A program made the position numbers and the translations under genes. DNA of 64,000 nucleotides, taken from the NCBI GenBank assembly GCA_963761335.1, contig CAVXGR010000018.1, positions 576,001-640,000 of the forward strand, read 5' to 3'. Shown piece after piece: positions 1 to 10,055 of this stretch. This DNA comes from an uncultured delta proteobacterium (GTDB taxonomy: Bacteria; Desulfobacterota; Binatia; HRBIN30; BPIQ01). The notes below the pieces were generated by a model. The model made no database searches and was not told the origin of the DNA. It saw only the letters and a program-made list of their open reading frames with translations. Within the stretch, counting starts at the first letter, position 1; every line of letters begins with the position of its first letter.

Positions 1-382
1 GGGAGCCGATGGCCATCGCTGCGCCGGAGCTGAGCGCCCCCAGCAGCAGCGGGATCTCGGCGACGTCGTCCTGTCCGTCGGCGTCCAGAAACAGCAGAAT
101 GTCTCCCGACGCGGCTCGACATCCGGCGCGTAGGGCCTCGCCCTTGCCGCGATTGCGCCGATGCCGGATCACTCTTGCCCCGGCAGCCGCGGCGACCGAC
201 GGGGTGAGGTCGCTGGAGCCGTCATCGATGACCAGCACCTCGGCGAGATTCGGAGTGGCGCGGCGCGCACCGCGTACCACCTCGGCGATCGTGCCCCCCT
301 CGTTGTACGCTGGAATGATGACGCTCACCGTGCCGGCGTCGGCCGGCGGAACGCGTGGGGCGGCAGAGCTGCTTGGGGACAT
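1..382 (-). CDS. Glycosyltransferase family 2 (DPM synthase-like), runs off the window edge
   Basis: Manual translation from ATG at 382: MSPSSSAAPRVPPADAGTVSVIIPAYNEGGTIAEVV...VLVIDDGSSD...RNRGKGEALRAG...LLFLDADGQD. These are the classic GT2 motifs. Not in the ORF track because it is truncated. Confidence 0.9.
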   Translation of the reverse strand, partial: MSPSSSAAPRVPPADAGTVSVIIPAYNEGGTIAEVVRGARRATPNLAEVLVIDDGSSDLTPSVAAAAGARVIRHRRNRGKGEALRAGCRAASGDILLFLDADGQDDVAEIPLLLGALSSGAAMAIGS

Positions 383-415
383 TGACGAAGTTGTAGCCTC
401 GCCGCAGTTCGACCG

Positions 416-1745
416 TCAAGGAGAACTGCGCCCTTGGCGAGTCTGGCCGTTCAGCGGGACTCCGCCGGCTTCGCCGATCGCCGCCAGTCTGCCAATCGGA
501 GGCAGACGTCCTCCCTCACCCTCGGCTGCGCCTTGGACCATCTGGCGGAAGCGGGATCCGACAATCTGCAGATCGCGGAAGTCCAGATCACTGCGATAGA
601 AGATGTGGGCCGCGCCGACGTCGAACGGGCTCCGCAGCGAGGAAGGTGCACATGTAAGCTCGAACTCCGCCTTCCCGGACTTTCCCGAGAGGGCAGCGAC
701 GAGGCCGCTGTCGTTGACTTGGAGGGAGTCCAGGGACCAGCCGTCTGCGATGCTCTGTCCGACGATGAAGGGTCCGACCTGCCGCAGCGCGGGCACCACG
801 GCCGGCGCGCCCGCTTCCCGCGCCGTCTCCAGTCGAGTCCAACGCTGCCTCTGATGAGAGATGGCGAGCAGGGCGCATACGGCCAGCACCGCTGCGGCGG
901 CAGCGAACCGCCGATCGACCCCACCTACTCCCGCGGTGGAGTGCGCCGAGGGCGTCGGCGTGCCGTCCGCCGAGAGGCCGAAGACGAGCAGAAAGACCAT
1001 CGATTCCCAATAGAGAATGTGGGTCAGCAGGTAGATGTTCGCATGCATGGCGAGCAATCCCAGAGCGATGCAGAGCCGCGTCCGGCCGCCGGCGATCACG
1101 AGCGGCCCCGCCAGCTCGAAGCCGAGGGTGGCGACGGCGAACAGCTGAGCGACTGCCGGAGTCGTCGCTACCCAGGAGCGATAGGCGCTCAGCAAGCTGT
1201 CGGCGACCAGTCCGTCCTGTCCGATGACGACTGCCTGGATGGGGATGCCGGAGATCCACTCGGTGCCTCCGTACACGGCCTTGCTGATGCCGGCGTTCAG
1301 ATACGCCGCACCCAGCAGGGCGAGGCTGCCGGTGCGAGCGAACGACTCGTCAGTCGGCGTTCCCCGGGCGCGACCCACGGCCAAGCCGAGAAGCCATCCG
1401 GACAGACACAGGCCGCTGTAGAAAAGATGGCGCCAGGGCGATCCGAACAGCTGTGCATGGACGGAGCTGAGCAGCGCCAGGGCGGCCAGCGCGATCATTC
1501 CCTCCCACAGGCGCCCGGGCCTGCGGCCAAAGGCGATGGTGGCCGCCAGGCCGATGGCGATCACGATGCCGCGCACGGTCGCTGCGCGAGAGGATGTCGA
1601 TCAGCGGGCCGAGAGCCGGGCCGCGGGCCAGCGCCGCGGCGCGGGCCTCGCCGAGGAAGAAGAAGAAGGAGAGCAGGTCGACGGCGACGATGGCGGCCAG
1701 GGCGATGCGCAGGCAAGGCCGTGTCGGCGGGGGCTGTGCGGTCAT
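416..1745 (-). CDS. HTTM-like polytopic membrane protein with C-terminal 'GW' domain; apparent frameshift near 1580
   Basis: ATG at 1745 overlaps the upstream stop (ATGA) and reads MTAQPPP...IALAAIVAVDLLSFFFFL. The sequence continues in a different frame as ORF 416..1576, which has several TM helices and AAYLNAGISK...W.SG, resembling the HTTM 'Y..AG..K...W..G' motif. Confidence 0.6.
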
Positions 1746-2188
1746 CGTCCCACCCGGCAGTGGGCGATGACACAGTCCGCGACAGGCGCCGGCGGCGAAC
1801 CGGGGCGCAGCTCCCAAGTCCGCGTGATGAGCTCCGCCTGGAGCGCGCCGGGACCGGCATGGGTCTCGATGTAGCGAGTCAGATCCTCGAACTGATACTC
1901 GATGCCGCGCCGGTGAGCGCACCGAGCCGCGCTGCCCCGCAGGGGCTCGCTGCAGTCGAAGGAGCTGAAATCGGTGACCCGGTGCACCGCACCCCCAGCG
2001 TCGCGAATCAGAAGGTGACTCGCCTGTCTGCCCGGCAGCCGGGCATACATGGAGAAGGTGTCGAGCGGATAGAGCAGCGACGCCATCTGGTCCCCGAGCC
2101 GCATGTCGAAGCGCACCGCCCACGACAGGGCGACGTAGCCGAGGACGCAGAGCACTCCGAAACGAAGCTGCGAGGCGCGCGCGCTCAC
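1742..2188 (-). CDS. Membrane-anchored hypothetical protein (148 aa), possible partner of the HTTM-like protein
   Basis: GTG at 2188 overlaps the stop of the upstream rSAM gene. One N-terminal TM helix is followed by a YPLDTFSMYA motif. It is the C-terminal part of ORF 1742..2815. Confidence 0.7.
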   Translation of the reverse strand: MSARASQLRFGVLCVLGYVALSWAVRFDMRLGDQMASLLYPLDTFSMYARLPGRQASHLLIRDAGGAVHRVTDFSSFDCSEPLRGSAARCAHRRGIEYQFEDLTRYIETHAGPGALQAELITRTWELRPGSPPAPVADCVIAHCRVGR

Positions 2189-3333
2189 GGGTGCAGCAGA
2201 GGCTCCAGATCGTCCAGCGGATCGACCTTGACGCCACGGGCGGCGAAGGCTGCCGCAAGATGGCGGATGGTCGTCTCGGCGAACTCCTCGGTGGCGAAGG
2301 ACTGAAGCCGGTGTTGCTCGTAGAGATGCCGGACGCGCTCGCCGAGGTACATCCGGTCCAGCCGCACGGCACAGACGTACGGGGCAATCTCCGCGACCAG
2401 GCGGTCGACGTTCATCGGCAGCACCGGCTGGATGACGGCAAAGGTCCTGATCCCCGCCGCGTGCAGCGCCCGCAGGGCCGCGAATCGCTCGCCGATCGGG
2501 TCGGCGCCGGGCTCGAAAATCTTCCGGTACTCGTCGGCATCGGTGGGAATGCTGAAGCCGACGAGGGCCCGCGGGAACCGCTTCAGCAGATCGAGATCGT
2601 CGAGGACGCGCGGCGCGCGCGTCAGGACGACCGGCGCCAGCTCGCTGTCGAGGAGCACCTCCAGACACTGGCGCGTGATCCGGTAGCGCCGCTCCGCCGC
2701 CTGATAGGGATCGGTGAGGATCGGGCTCAGCCTCACGGTACCGCGCTTCGTTGTCTGGATTTCGCGTCGCAGAACTTCCGCGGCGTTGATCTTCACGTCG
2801 AGATAGCGACCCCACGCAAGCCGTGGCAGGCCCTCCAGGCGGCGCGAGAAGTCCGCCCGGTCGATGACGTAGCAGAAGGAGCAGCCGATCATGCAGCCGA
2901 CGTAGGGGTTGATGTAGTAGCGGCCCCTGCCTTCCGGCATCAGCAGGCGTTCGACGAGAACCTCGCGCACGGCGGTGCCGCGCTCGGCGCCGGGCCGCTC
3001 TCCCGCCGGGAGCAGCGCCTCGCGATCGCGGACCACCGCGACGACGTCGTCGACCAGGCGGCGATCCGCCTCGTTCATGGGCGTGTCCTCGAGCAGGCGG
3101 CGCGCGCAGACGTTGAAGCGGGCCGTGCGCGTGTAGCAGTCCAGGCGATCATTGCGCTCTTCGAGCTCCACGAGAACGGAGGCCCCATCACGTTCGAAGG
3201 TGAGGCAGATCGCCTGCTCGGCGTCCCAGCTGATCAGATTCCAGCCGGAAGACGCAGGACGGTCGTTGAGGAACGGCGCCAGGAGCTGGCCGGCAACCTC
3301 CTCGATCCCGCGTCTTACCGGTGTGAGTCCCAC
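2185..3333 (-). CDS. Radical SAM protein (SplB/Rv2578c-like) with N-terminal 'GW' domain
   Basis: YINPYVGCMIGCSFCY motif, LSPILTDPYQAAE and FSIPTD...FEPGA, as in SPL-family rSAM enzymes. Probable GTG start at 3333; the ORF-track extension upstream is shadow of the opposite-strand gene. Confidence 0.85.
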   Translation of the reverse strand: MGLTPVRRGIEEVAGQLLAPFLNDRPASSGWNLISWDAEQAICLTFERDGASVLVELEERNDRLDCYTRTARFNVCARRLLEDTPMNEADRRLVDDVVAVVRDREALLPAGERPGAERGTAVREVLVERLLMPEGRGRYYINPYVGCMIGCSFCYVIDRADFSRRLEGLPRLAWGRYLDVKINAAEVLRREIQTTKRGTVRLSPILTDPYQAAERRYRITRQCLEVLLDSELAPVVLTRAPRVLDDLDLLKRFPRALVGFSIPTDADEYRKIFEPGADPIGERFAALRALHAAGIRTFAVIQPVLPMNVDRLVAEIAPYVCAVRLDRMYLGERVRHLYEQHRLQSFATEEFAETTIRHLAAAFAARGVKVDPLDDLEPLLHP

Positions 3334-3474
3334 GGTTCTGTGCTCATTCTGCGGTCGCGAGAGCGATCCGACAGGCAGGCTAGTCGCTACGGCAACGGCG
3401 AGCAAGGATTGCGAAGGCTCGGCCCCGAGCTTTTCCTCTGGAAATGGCGCGCCGCCTGCGCGAGACTTCCGAGG

Positions 3475-5265
3475 ATGTGGCGAATCTCTTGGGCCCGGGC
3501 AGCGGCGGCGGCGCGCCTGCTCGCCGAGCTCGCCGGATTCGCGGCGCTGCTGTTCGTGACCCGCTTCATCGCCCGCGGACACCTGGTCCCGCAGATGGAT
3601 CAGGAATGTCACATCGGCGGCATCGCCATCGACGTGCTCCGGCACGGAGTGCGCTTTCCGCTGATGGTGTACGCTCCCAACGAGTACGACAACGGCTCCT
3701 TCTTCAGCGGTCTCCTGGCGGCGGCGTCCTTCTCGCTCTTCGGTCGCAATCTCCTGGCCTTGAAGCTGGTCACGCACCTGATCTGTGCCGCCGGAGCCGT
3801 GGCCACCCTGTGGCTCTTGCGGGGCTGCCTCGAGGAGCTTGGGCTGACGACGCGGAAGGTGTACTGGGCAGCCGTCGCCGTGCTGATCGTCGAGATCGCC
3901 GTGGCCCCGCGCGTGGTGACCCTGGTCTCGATGTACGCCGTCGGCAACCACGCCGAGGGCTGCGCCATCGATACCATTCTGCTGGCGCTCTACTCGCACC
4001 GGGCGCCGCGGAGATCGGCGGCGCGCACCGCCGCCTTCTGGGCGCTGGTGGGGATTGGGCTCTACCTGAACAAAGGGACCTTCCTGGTCATTCCCGTGCT
4101 GGGCGCGGCGGAGGTTGCGCTCGGCTGGCGTTCGCGCCGCCGCCTCGTCGCCGCCCTGGGCGGGTTTGTCGCGGGTATCCTTCCGGAGCTGCTGGTCGTT
4201 GCCCGGCGCCACGCGATGGGCTGGGCGACGATGGCCTCCAAGGCCGAGAACAACTCGCGGGCGTTTCCTCGCGCTTTCGCCGACAGCTTCCTGACTCTTG
4301 CCGATAAGCGACCCGAGCTCCTGCTCCTGTGGGTCATTGCCCTGGTCGCCGGTGGGCTGTTGCTGGCGGGCGCTCTGCGTCGCCGTTGGAGCGGCGGCGA
4401 GGCAGACCTGTGCGCCGGCGCCGCGCCGCCGGTGGCGCTGGCGCTGGTGGTGGGTGTCACCTGCATGCATCTGGCGGCGATGACGGTGATGGCCCAGGGC
4501 GGTCTCGACGCCTACGCGATCTACAGCTATCCCGCGCTGGCCGTGCTGGTCGCGCTACTGGTTGCCTGGGGATGCGCCCAGGCGGAGGCGCACCGGGCCG
4601 GAGGCGGTGTCCTGGTCGGTATCGCCGCAGTGGCGATGGCGCTGGTGGTCTATCGTCCCGAGGCGCTGACCTGGGGAACCGCCGAGGTTTCGGAGCTGTG
4701 GCACGACCGGGCTGGCGCGGCCTGCTCCTGGCGCTTTGCGGAAGGCTTCATGCGCGAGCAGCACTACGGCCTGGCGCCCGGGCAGACTCGTGAGCAGCAC
4801 GCGATTGCCCGCTGCCGCTCTCTCAGCGATCGGGATCAGGTGCTCGACTGCATCGGCGGAATCGGCCGCGAGCTCAACTGGAGGCAGGGGGGGCGGGTGC
4901 ACGGGACGCCGCCGCCGGAGCTCGATGCGGCGGAGCGCCGCGCCTACGCCTACTACTACGGCACTCACCGGGGCGGCGACACGACGGCATGCCGCGACTT
5001 CGATGATACCCAGCTGGTGGCGGAATGTGAGTCCGCCGTGCAGCTGGACTGTCTCATCTTCGGCGACGTCTCCACGCGCTTCGTCGCCGGCCGCGGGCTC
5101 GGCCGACCGCGATGCAGCCTCGCGGCGCCCCCGATGGACGGCTACTGGATGGCGATGCGCGCCGAGCTCCTCGGGAGGCCGGGACACCGGGGCCCCGACC
5201 TCGGCGGCGGGCTCGGGGACAACGATCTGCGGTCCTGTCAGGCGGTTTTCGACGCCTGCTACTGA
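3475..5265 (+). CDS. Polytopic membrane protein, GT-C/ArnT-like glycosyltransferase candidate, with Cys-rich C-terminal domain
   Basis: ATG at 3475. About 10-11 hydrophobic segments, an acidic DQE loop after TM1, and a soluble C-terminus with many Cys. Confidence 0.55.
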   Translation: MWRISWARAAAAARLLAELAGFAALLFVTRFIARGHLVPQMDQECHIGGIAIDVLRHGVRFPLMVYAPNEYDNGSFFSGLLAAASFSLFGRNLLALKLVTHLICAAGAVATLWLLRGCLEELGLTTRKVYWAAVAVLIVEIAVAPRVVTLVSMYAVGNHAEGCAIDTILLALYSHRAPRRSAARTAAFWALVGIGLYLNKGTFLVIPVLGAAEVALGWRSRRRLVAALGGFVAGILPELLVVARRHAMGWATMASKAENNSRAFPRAFADSFLTLADKRPELLLLWVIALVAGGLLLAGALRRRWSGGEADLCAGAAPPVALALVVGVTCMHLAAMTVMAQGGLDAYAIYSYPALAVLVALLVAWGCAQAEAHRAGGGVLVGIAAVAMALVVYRPEALTWGTAEVSELWHDRAGAACSWRFAEGFMREQHYGLAPGQTREQHAIARCRSLSDRDQVLDCIGGIGRELNWRQGGRVHGTPPPELDAAERRAYAYYYGTHRGGDTTACRDFDDTQLVAECESAVQLDCLIFGDVSTRFVAGRGLGRPRCSLAAPPMDGYWMAMRAELLGRPGHRGPDLGGGLGDNDLRSCQAVFDACY

Positions 5266-6284
5266 GCGGTGGCATTTGCCGCCGCTGCCGGCGCGAGGAG
5301 ACGCTGCCGCCTCAGAAACTCGGCGAGCTGGTCGGCCACCAGGCGGTTGCCCGCAACCGTCATGTGGCCGTGAAAGAGACGAGCGCGCTGCTCGAGCGGC
5401 AGACTTTCGACCGGCGGGAACGCATCCACCGTCAGGAGATGATTCGCCCGGGCGCAGTCGAGTGCGGCGTCTTTGATCTGCAGATGCTCGGCGGTTGCGG
5501 TGGGTTGCTGTGGTTGCGCCAGGACGACGATGCGGAGGCCGTGGGCACGCTCGAAAGCGGCGAGGCGTTTCATGAGCAAGCAGGCAACCTCTCTGCCCTG
5601 GTGATGCACCACCGTCTCGTAGGGGCCCTCCCAGTTGATGAAGGTCGGAAAGAGCAGATCGGCGGTGACGCTGACCGACAGCAGGCGGCGCAGCGGGTCG
5701 TACACGGATGGCGGGGGAATCAGGGCGGAATGAAGCCGCAGCTGGCCGTCCTCGACGTCGAAGTACGGCTTCGGGTGCCCCGACCAGTACGACATCTCGC
5801 AGCGAAGGACGTCATGGGGGATGAAGCTGACGATGACGATGTTCGGTGCGTAGACGGGGGCGAGCTGCTCGGCGCGGAGCACGGCCTGGTCCAAGCCGAA
5901 GCCGGGGACGGCGGCGTTGATCACTCGGTGGCCGGTGCGCCGCTCGAGGATGGCCGGCCACGAGTAGCGGTCGTCAACCTGGTCGCCGAAGGCGAACGAG
6001 TCGCCCACGGCGAGCATCGGCGGGCGCGCCGCCGGCGGCGGCGGATTGCCGTTGCGGCGCGTGCCGTACTCTCCGATGCTGATGTTGAAGCCTCGCGGGT
6101 GATGAATCGAGATGCCGGCTTTTGGAATGCGACCGGCGACCGGGTCGACGACGGCGTAGCGACCGCTGTTGGGTCCTCCCAGCGAGAAGACGGTGTGCGT
6201 GGCAATACGCACCGAGAGCTCGATGAGAAGGAGAACGACTGTGGTGCCCAGCAATAGGCGCAGCGCGACGCGTTTGCGCGTCAT
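5259..6284 (-). CDS. SGNH/GDSL hydrolase-family protein with N-terminal membrane anchor
   Basis: AVGDSFAFG (block I), INAAVPGFGLDQ (block II) and GHMTVAGN (block V). Confidence 0.85.
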   Translation of the reverse strand: MTRKRVALRLLLGTTVVLLLIELSVRIATHTVFSLGGPNSGRYAVVDPVAGRIPKAGISIHHPRGFNISIGEYGTRRNGNPPPPAARPPMLAVGDSFAFGDQVDDRYSWPAILERRTGHRVINAAVPGFGLDQAVLRAEQLAPVYAPNIVIVSFIPHDVLRCEMSYWSGHPKPYFDVEDGQLRLHSALIPPPSVYDPLRRLLSVSVTADLLFPTFINWEGPYETVVHHQGREVACLLMKRLAAFERAHGLRIVVLAQPQQPTATAEHLQIKDAALDCARANHLLTVDAFPPVESLPLEQRARLFHGHMTVAGNRLVADQLAEFLRRQRLLAPAAAANATAQ

Positions 6285-6309
6285 CAATTCGGTGGAAAGG
6301 GTGTGGTGA

Positions 6310-7348
6310 CTAGCCCTGCGCTGGCATCGGTGGCGGGAGGGCGCCCGGCGGCGGGGAGACCATCATCGCCGGAGAGGGCGTGAGGGGAAGGGGCGACGGA
6401 GAGGGCGCGATGGGCAGGGGCGTCGGTGGAGGTCCTCCGGCGGCCGGCGTGGCCTCCATGCCGACGCAGGTGTCTGTCCCTGCCTGCATGTAAGAGTCAC
6501 AGGCATCGGCTTGCCCGAGGGCGGCCTTGGCGAGGGTGCGCTCGCGCGCCGGAGCCGACTCCGCCAGGTCCTTCAGGCCCTTGGCGTAGAAGCCCTTCCT
6601 GTCGATGGTGTTCTTGCAGTCCTCGACGATCTCCTTGGAGTCCTTGCCCTGGGCGCTGCAGAGAGACTTGTCGAGCTTGATGAAGGCGCGGCAAACTCCC
6701 TGCAGCTCGCCGGCAGCGGAGCACTGGCTCGCGTCGCCGGAGCGCAGCGCTTTGCGGAAGTTGTCGCAGATGCTGGCCACGCGCGGATCGGCGTGGCACT
6801 CCTCCAGCTTTACGTCGTCGAACATGAACGAGCGCCCATTCGGGTAGGTGCGCAGCTCGTGGAAGATCGAGCGCATGGCCCGACAGTCTTTGATCTGGCT
6901 GTCAGTGGTGAGCAGCTGGCAGGGCGCGTCAGAGTCGGTTGCCACGGCTCCACAGGTGACGAGCTCCGATGCCCGTGGTGCCAGGGCGCGCACCTCGTCA
7001 CTCTTCAGCACGGCAGCGTCCTTGGCGTGGCCCGAGAGGGCCGCCACGTACCGCTCGCAGCGATCGTGAGCCGCGGTATTGGCCGTGGCGACAGCCGGCA
7101 CCGGCGTGGGTGATCCGGCGGGCGCGCTCGTCGTCTCGTTTGCCGCCGTGGCCGTCGCCGGGGGCGCCACCGCAGTGGCGGTGGCGGCGGGGGGCGCCGC
7201 TGTCGGGCTCGCGACGAGCCACCGCGTGCGTCGGCGTCGGGGTCTTCTGCGGCTCGGCGGGTCGAGTGCAGCCGGCGAGCGGCAGGGCCAGGAGAACCAC
7301 GGAGCCGGTTCCCCGGACGATCAGTTTCGCGAAGCGAGAACGGGCCAC
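6310..7348 (-). CDS. Cys-rich lipoprotein with Pro/Thr/Ala linkers; apparent frameshift near 7220
   Basis: ORF 6998..7348 begins with a signal peptide and lipobox (LALPLAGC) followed by TPTPT. The Ala/Pro/Thr linker continues in the frame of ORF 6310..7170, which carries a Cys-rich domain and a Pro-rich tail. Confidence 0.6.
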
Positions 7349-7349
7349 G

Positions 7350-8354
7350 TCACAGCCCGTACCACTTTCGCCGCAGGGGCGTCAACTTGGGGTTTGTCGT
7401 CCGGGTGCTGGTCGTCTGCGCCCGACGCGCCGGGTAGGCTCCCGGGTGACCCTCCCGAAAGCGGCGGCCCAGTGGGTCGTCGCGTCGCGGCTGAGCGATT
7501 CCGGTCGCCCGGCTGGTCGGGGTCATCCGTTCGCCGGCGCCATTGATCCACGATCTCTCGGAGCTCTGCAGCTCGCGCAGCAGCTGCGGCCGCTGGCGCA
7601 GAAGGGCGATTGCCTCGGGCTGCGGAAGAGCGCGGTGGAGCAGGGCTCGGTACCTCTGCAGACGGGCGCGCCACTGTGCCGGCGAGAGGGTGGTCCTGGT
7701 CGGAGGCGGGCAGGGCACCTGCTGGCCGAGCAGCATGATCATCAAACCCTCGTAGTTGAAAGCCGGGTCGCCCGTCGCACAGCGACGATTGCCGCTTTCG
7801 ACCCACGGGCCACAGGTGGAGTAGTGATCGAGCAGGGGCTGCAGGCCGGATACATCCACCGAAGCGCGACAGTCTCGCCAGAAGCGCGTCTCGCTCTTGC
7901 GGTTGAACTTGTAATGCACGCTGAGAAACCACCGCAGGTAGTCCCAGTGGGCGCCGAGCGCCTCGTTGGCGAAGGAGCGGTCGGACGGCCGATTTCCCGA
8001 CTGCAGCCCGCCGATGAGATAGGCGATCTCGACAATGACCATGTGGAGGGCGGTGGACTCGAGCGGCTCGACGAACCCGTAGGCATTGCCCAGGGCAACC
8101 GTGTTGCCCTTCCAGAAATCCCGGTGGCGGCCGCTGCGGAACTGCGGGGGGACCCGATAGGAGAATGAGTACCTGCCCGGCAGACCCCAATCGAACTTGA
8201 TGCCCAGTTTCCAGGTGGGCCGCACCTCGCGGTACAGGTCGACGATATCGATGCCGAGCTGCCGGTGTAGAAATGGCGGCATCAGGGTGGTGGTTGCTTC
8301 GCCGACGCCGACAACCTTTCGAGCCTCAAGATCTCGACGGTCCTCCGGCATCAT
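7350..8354 (-). pseudogene. Tryptophan-halogenase-family (FAD-dependent) gene with two in-frame internal deletions
   Basis: GVGEAT, TWKLGIKFDW, FRSGR..FWKGN.VALGNAYGFVEPLESTALH and FLSVHY...FWR motifs are present. The GxGxxG FAD-binding segment and the central region (including WxWxIP) are absent. Length is about 334 aa. Confidence 0.8.
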
Positions 8355-9816
8355 GAATCCCTTCACTGATGTCTCGAGGTGCTGTGGTTGCCCAGCGCGC
8401 CAGGATTTCGGCCGTGCGCGAGTCGGTCTCGTTCGCCAGGAGCTCGAACAGTCGCCGCGAGACGGCCATGTGCTCCTTGCACTCGAATGAATGCGGGCGC
8501 TGCCCGAAGAGATCTCCCCGGGTGGCAAAGCTGTGCACGGGGTCGATGCCGCAGAAGGGCTTGTTCCAGCAGTCGGCGCACATCGGCTGCGCGTCGAGGA
8601 GGGAAGCCGCGGCAATGGCGCGCACGGTGGGGTGCTGCAGCACCTCGGCCAGGGTCAGGGTGCGCACATCGCCGATCGCGAAGATCGGATCGCCGGTGAA
8701 GTCGATCAGCCGTGCCTCCTCGCAGGGAAAGACGCGTCCATCGGCATCGTAGGCGAGCTCGGACGTTCCAGCTGCGGCTGGAGACTGGATGTCGCACACT
8801 CCAGGGTCTTCCGAGGTGAGGATGCGAGTCGCGAAGATCCGTGCGGTACCCTCGACGATGTCGACGCCCTGGCGGTTGAGCTCGAGGATGTAATCCAGGG
8901 CGCGCCGATAGAAGTCGAGGTACTCCTCAGCGGAGTAGCCGATCTCCGACCAGACGTCGCCGGAGATGCCGAGAGGATTGAGAGGTCGCAGGTAGATCGC
9001 GCCGAGTCCCCGGGCCACGTACTCGTCCACCAGCCCTTGCGGTTCCTCGAGGGTTCGCCGAGTTACATTGGCGCGCGCCTCGATCGCCCGGATGCGAGAA
9101 TCCTGGCCGCTCTCCACAGACTGGCGCTGAAAGTAATCGATCCAGCGAATCACCTCGGCATGGGTGCTGCCGCCGATCCACCGGCGATTCCAATCGTGAA
9201 TGCCCGCCGGTCCGTCGAGATCCGTCCGCACGCGGACGTCGTTGGCGATCAGCCACTCGGCAGACTCCGCGGTCATGGCGGTGAGATTGGTCACCAGTCG
9301 GAAGGCCAGCGTCTTGCCGGCCGTCTGCATGTTGCGCGAGCGCGCCAGATCCAGCAGATGGCGCAGCACGTCGAAGCTCGCCAGGGGCTCGCCGTCGCCG
9401 GCGCGGAGCTCGAAGGTGATCGACGGCGAAGTGCTCTGCAGAGCTACCTCGGCCACTTGCGCGGCAGTCTCCGGGCTCATGTCGACGGCTGTTCCTTCGC
9501 CGCTCCGGCGAAGGTTGACGACGTGCAGATGCGGCCCGCGACCGACGTGGCGATTGCGCCGCGCCACCCGGTCGGCGAAGGCGTCGAGGTCGAGCCCGTC
9601 GCGCAGGAAGCCCATGCGCTTGAACTCCTCAAACCGGGAATGACCTTCGGCAACGCGTCCGGCGAGCAGCTCATCCAGCTCCGCCTCGCTCAGAAGCGCC
9701 CAGTCGCCGGCGTCGTTGGTGACCAGGATCTTGCCGGCGACGCGTCCCCAGCGGAAGAATCCGAGCCGGTCCTCAGCGAGATCCTGGCGCGACAGCGTCA
9801 GGCTGCGTCGGTCCAC
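8326..9816 (-). CDS. HxsB-like radical SAM/SPASM protein lacking the CxxxCxxC motif
   Basis: Colinear with HxsB at 23771 (ILVTNDAGDW, GPHLH, LVTNLT, LDGP, YLDFYRRALDYILELNRQG, CADC.NKPFCG), but the cluster-binding motif is missing. Confidence 0.85.
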   Translation of the reverse strand: MDRRSLTLSRQDLAEDRLGFFRWGRVAGKILVTNDAGDWALLSEAELDELLAGRVAEGHSRFEEFKRMGFLRDGLDLDAFADRVARRNRHVGRGPHLHVVNLRRSGEGTAVDMSPETAAQVAEVALQSTSPSITFELRAGDGEPLASFDVLRHLLDLARSRNMQTAGKTLAFRLVTNLTAMTAESAEWLIANDVRVRTDLDGPAGIHDWNRRWIGGSTHAEVIRWIDYFQRQSVESGQDSRIRAIEARANVTRRTLEEPQGLVDEYVARGLGAIYLRPLNPLGISGDVWSEIGYSAEEYLDFYRRALDYILELNRQGVDIVEGTARIFATRILTSEDPGVCDIQSPAAAGTSELAYDADGRVFPCEEARLIDFTGDPIFAIGDVRTLTLAEVLQHPTVRAIAAASLLDAQPMCADCWNKPFCGIDPVHSFATRGDLFGQRPHSFECKEHMAVSRRLFELLANETDSRTAEILARWATTAPRDISEGIHDAGGPSRS

Positions 9817-10055
9817 TAACTCTCCTCCGCCAGAGCCGCCTGACGCATTCGCGAAATGGTCTCGTGCAAGACGTGATTGCAGAAGGCGTTGGCTACCATC
9901 TCGGCATCATCTTCGGCAACGCCGGAGATGATGGTCTCGATGGCGTCGGCGGCGGCAGTCACTTCGATCTGGGCGTGCTCGGCGTAGGCCGCCGCGGCGG
10001 CGTCGACGGCCTCAGGCAGGTATAGCGATCGGTCGAAGGCGATGCGCTTGGTCAT
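9816..10055 (-). CDS. Small HxsD-like protein (79 aa)
   Basis: FDRSLYLPEAVDAAAAAY...ANAFCNHVL. Paralogue of 23533..23778, and translationally coupled to its neighbours. Confidence 0.75.
   Translation of the reverse strand: MTKRIAFDRSLYLPEAVDAAAAAYAEHAQIEVTAAADAIETIISGVAEDDAEMVANAFCNHVLHETISRMRQAALAEES

Noticed and set aside
2191..3474. N-terminal extension of the 1024-aa ORF (likewise 28300..29352, 20942..22009 and 55884..56504)
   Set aside because: These overlap real genes on the other strand or frame, or run through intergenic DNA; the true starts are placed downstream.
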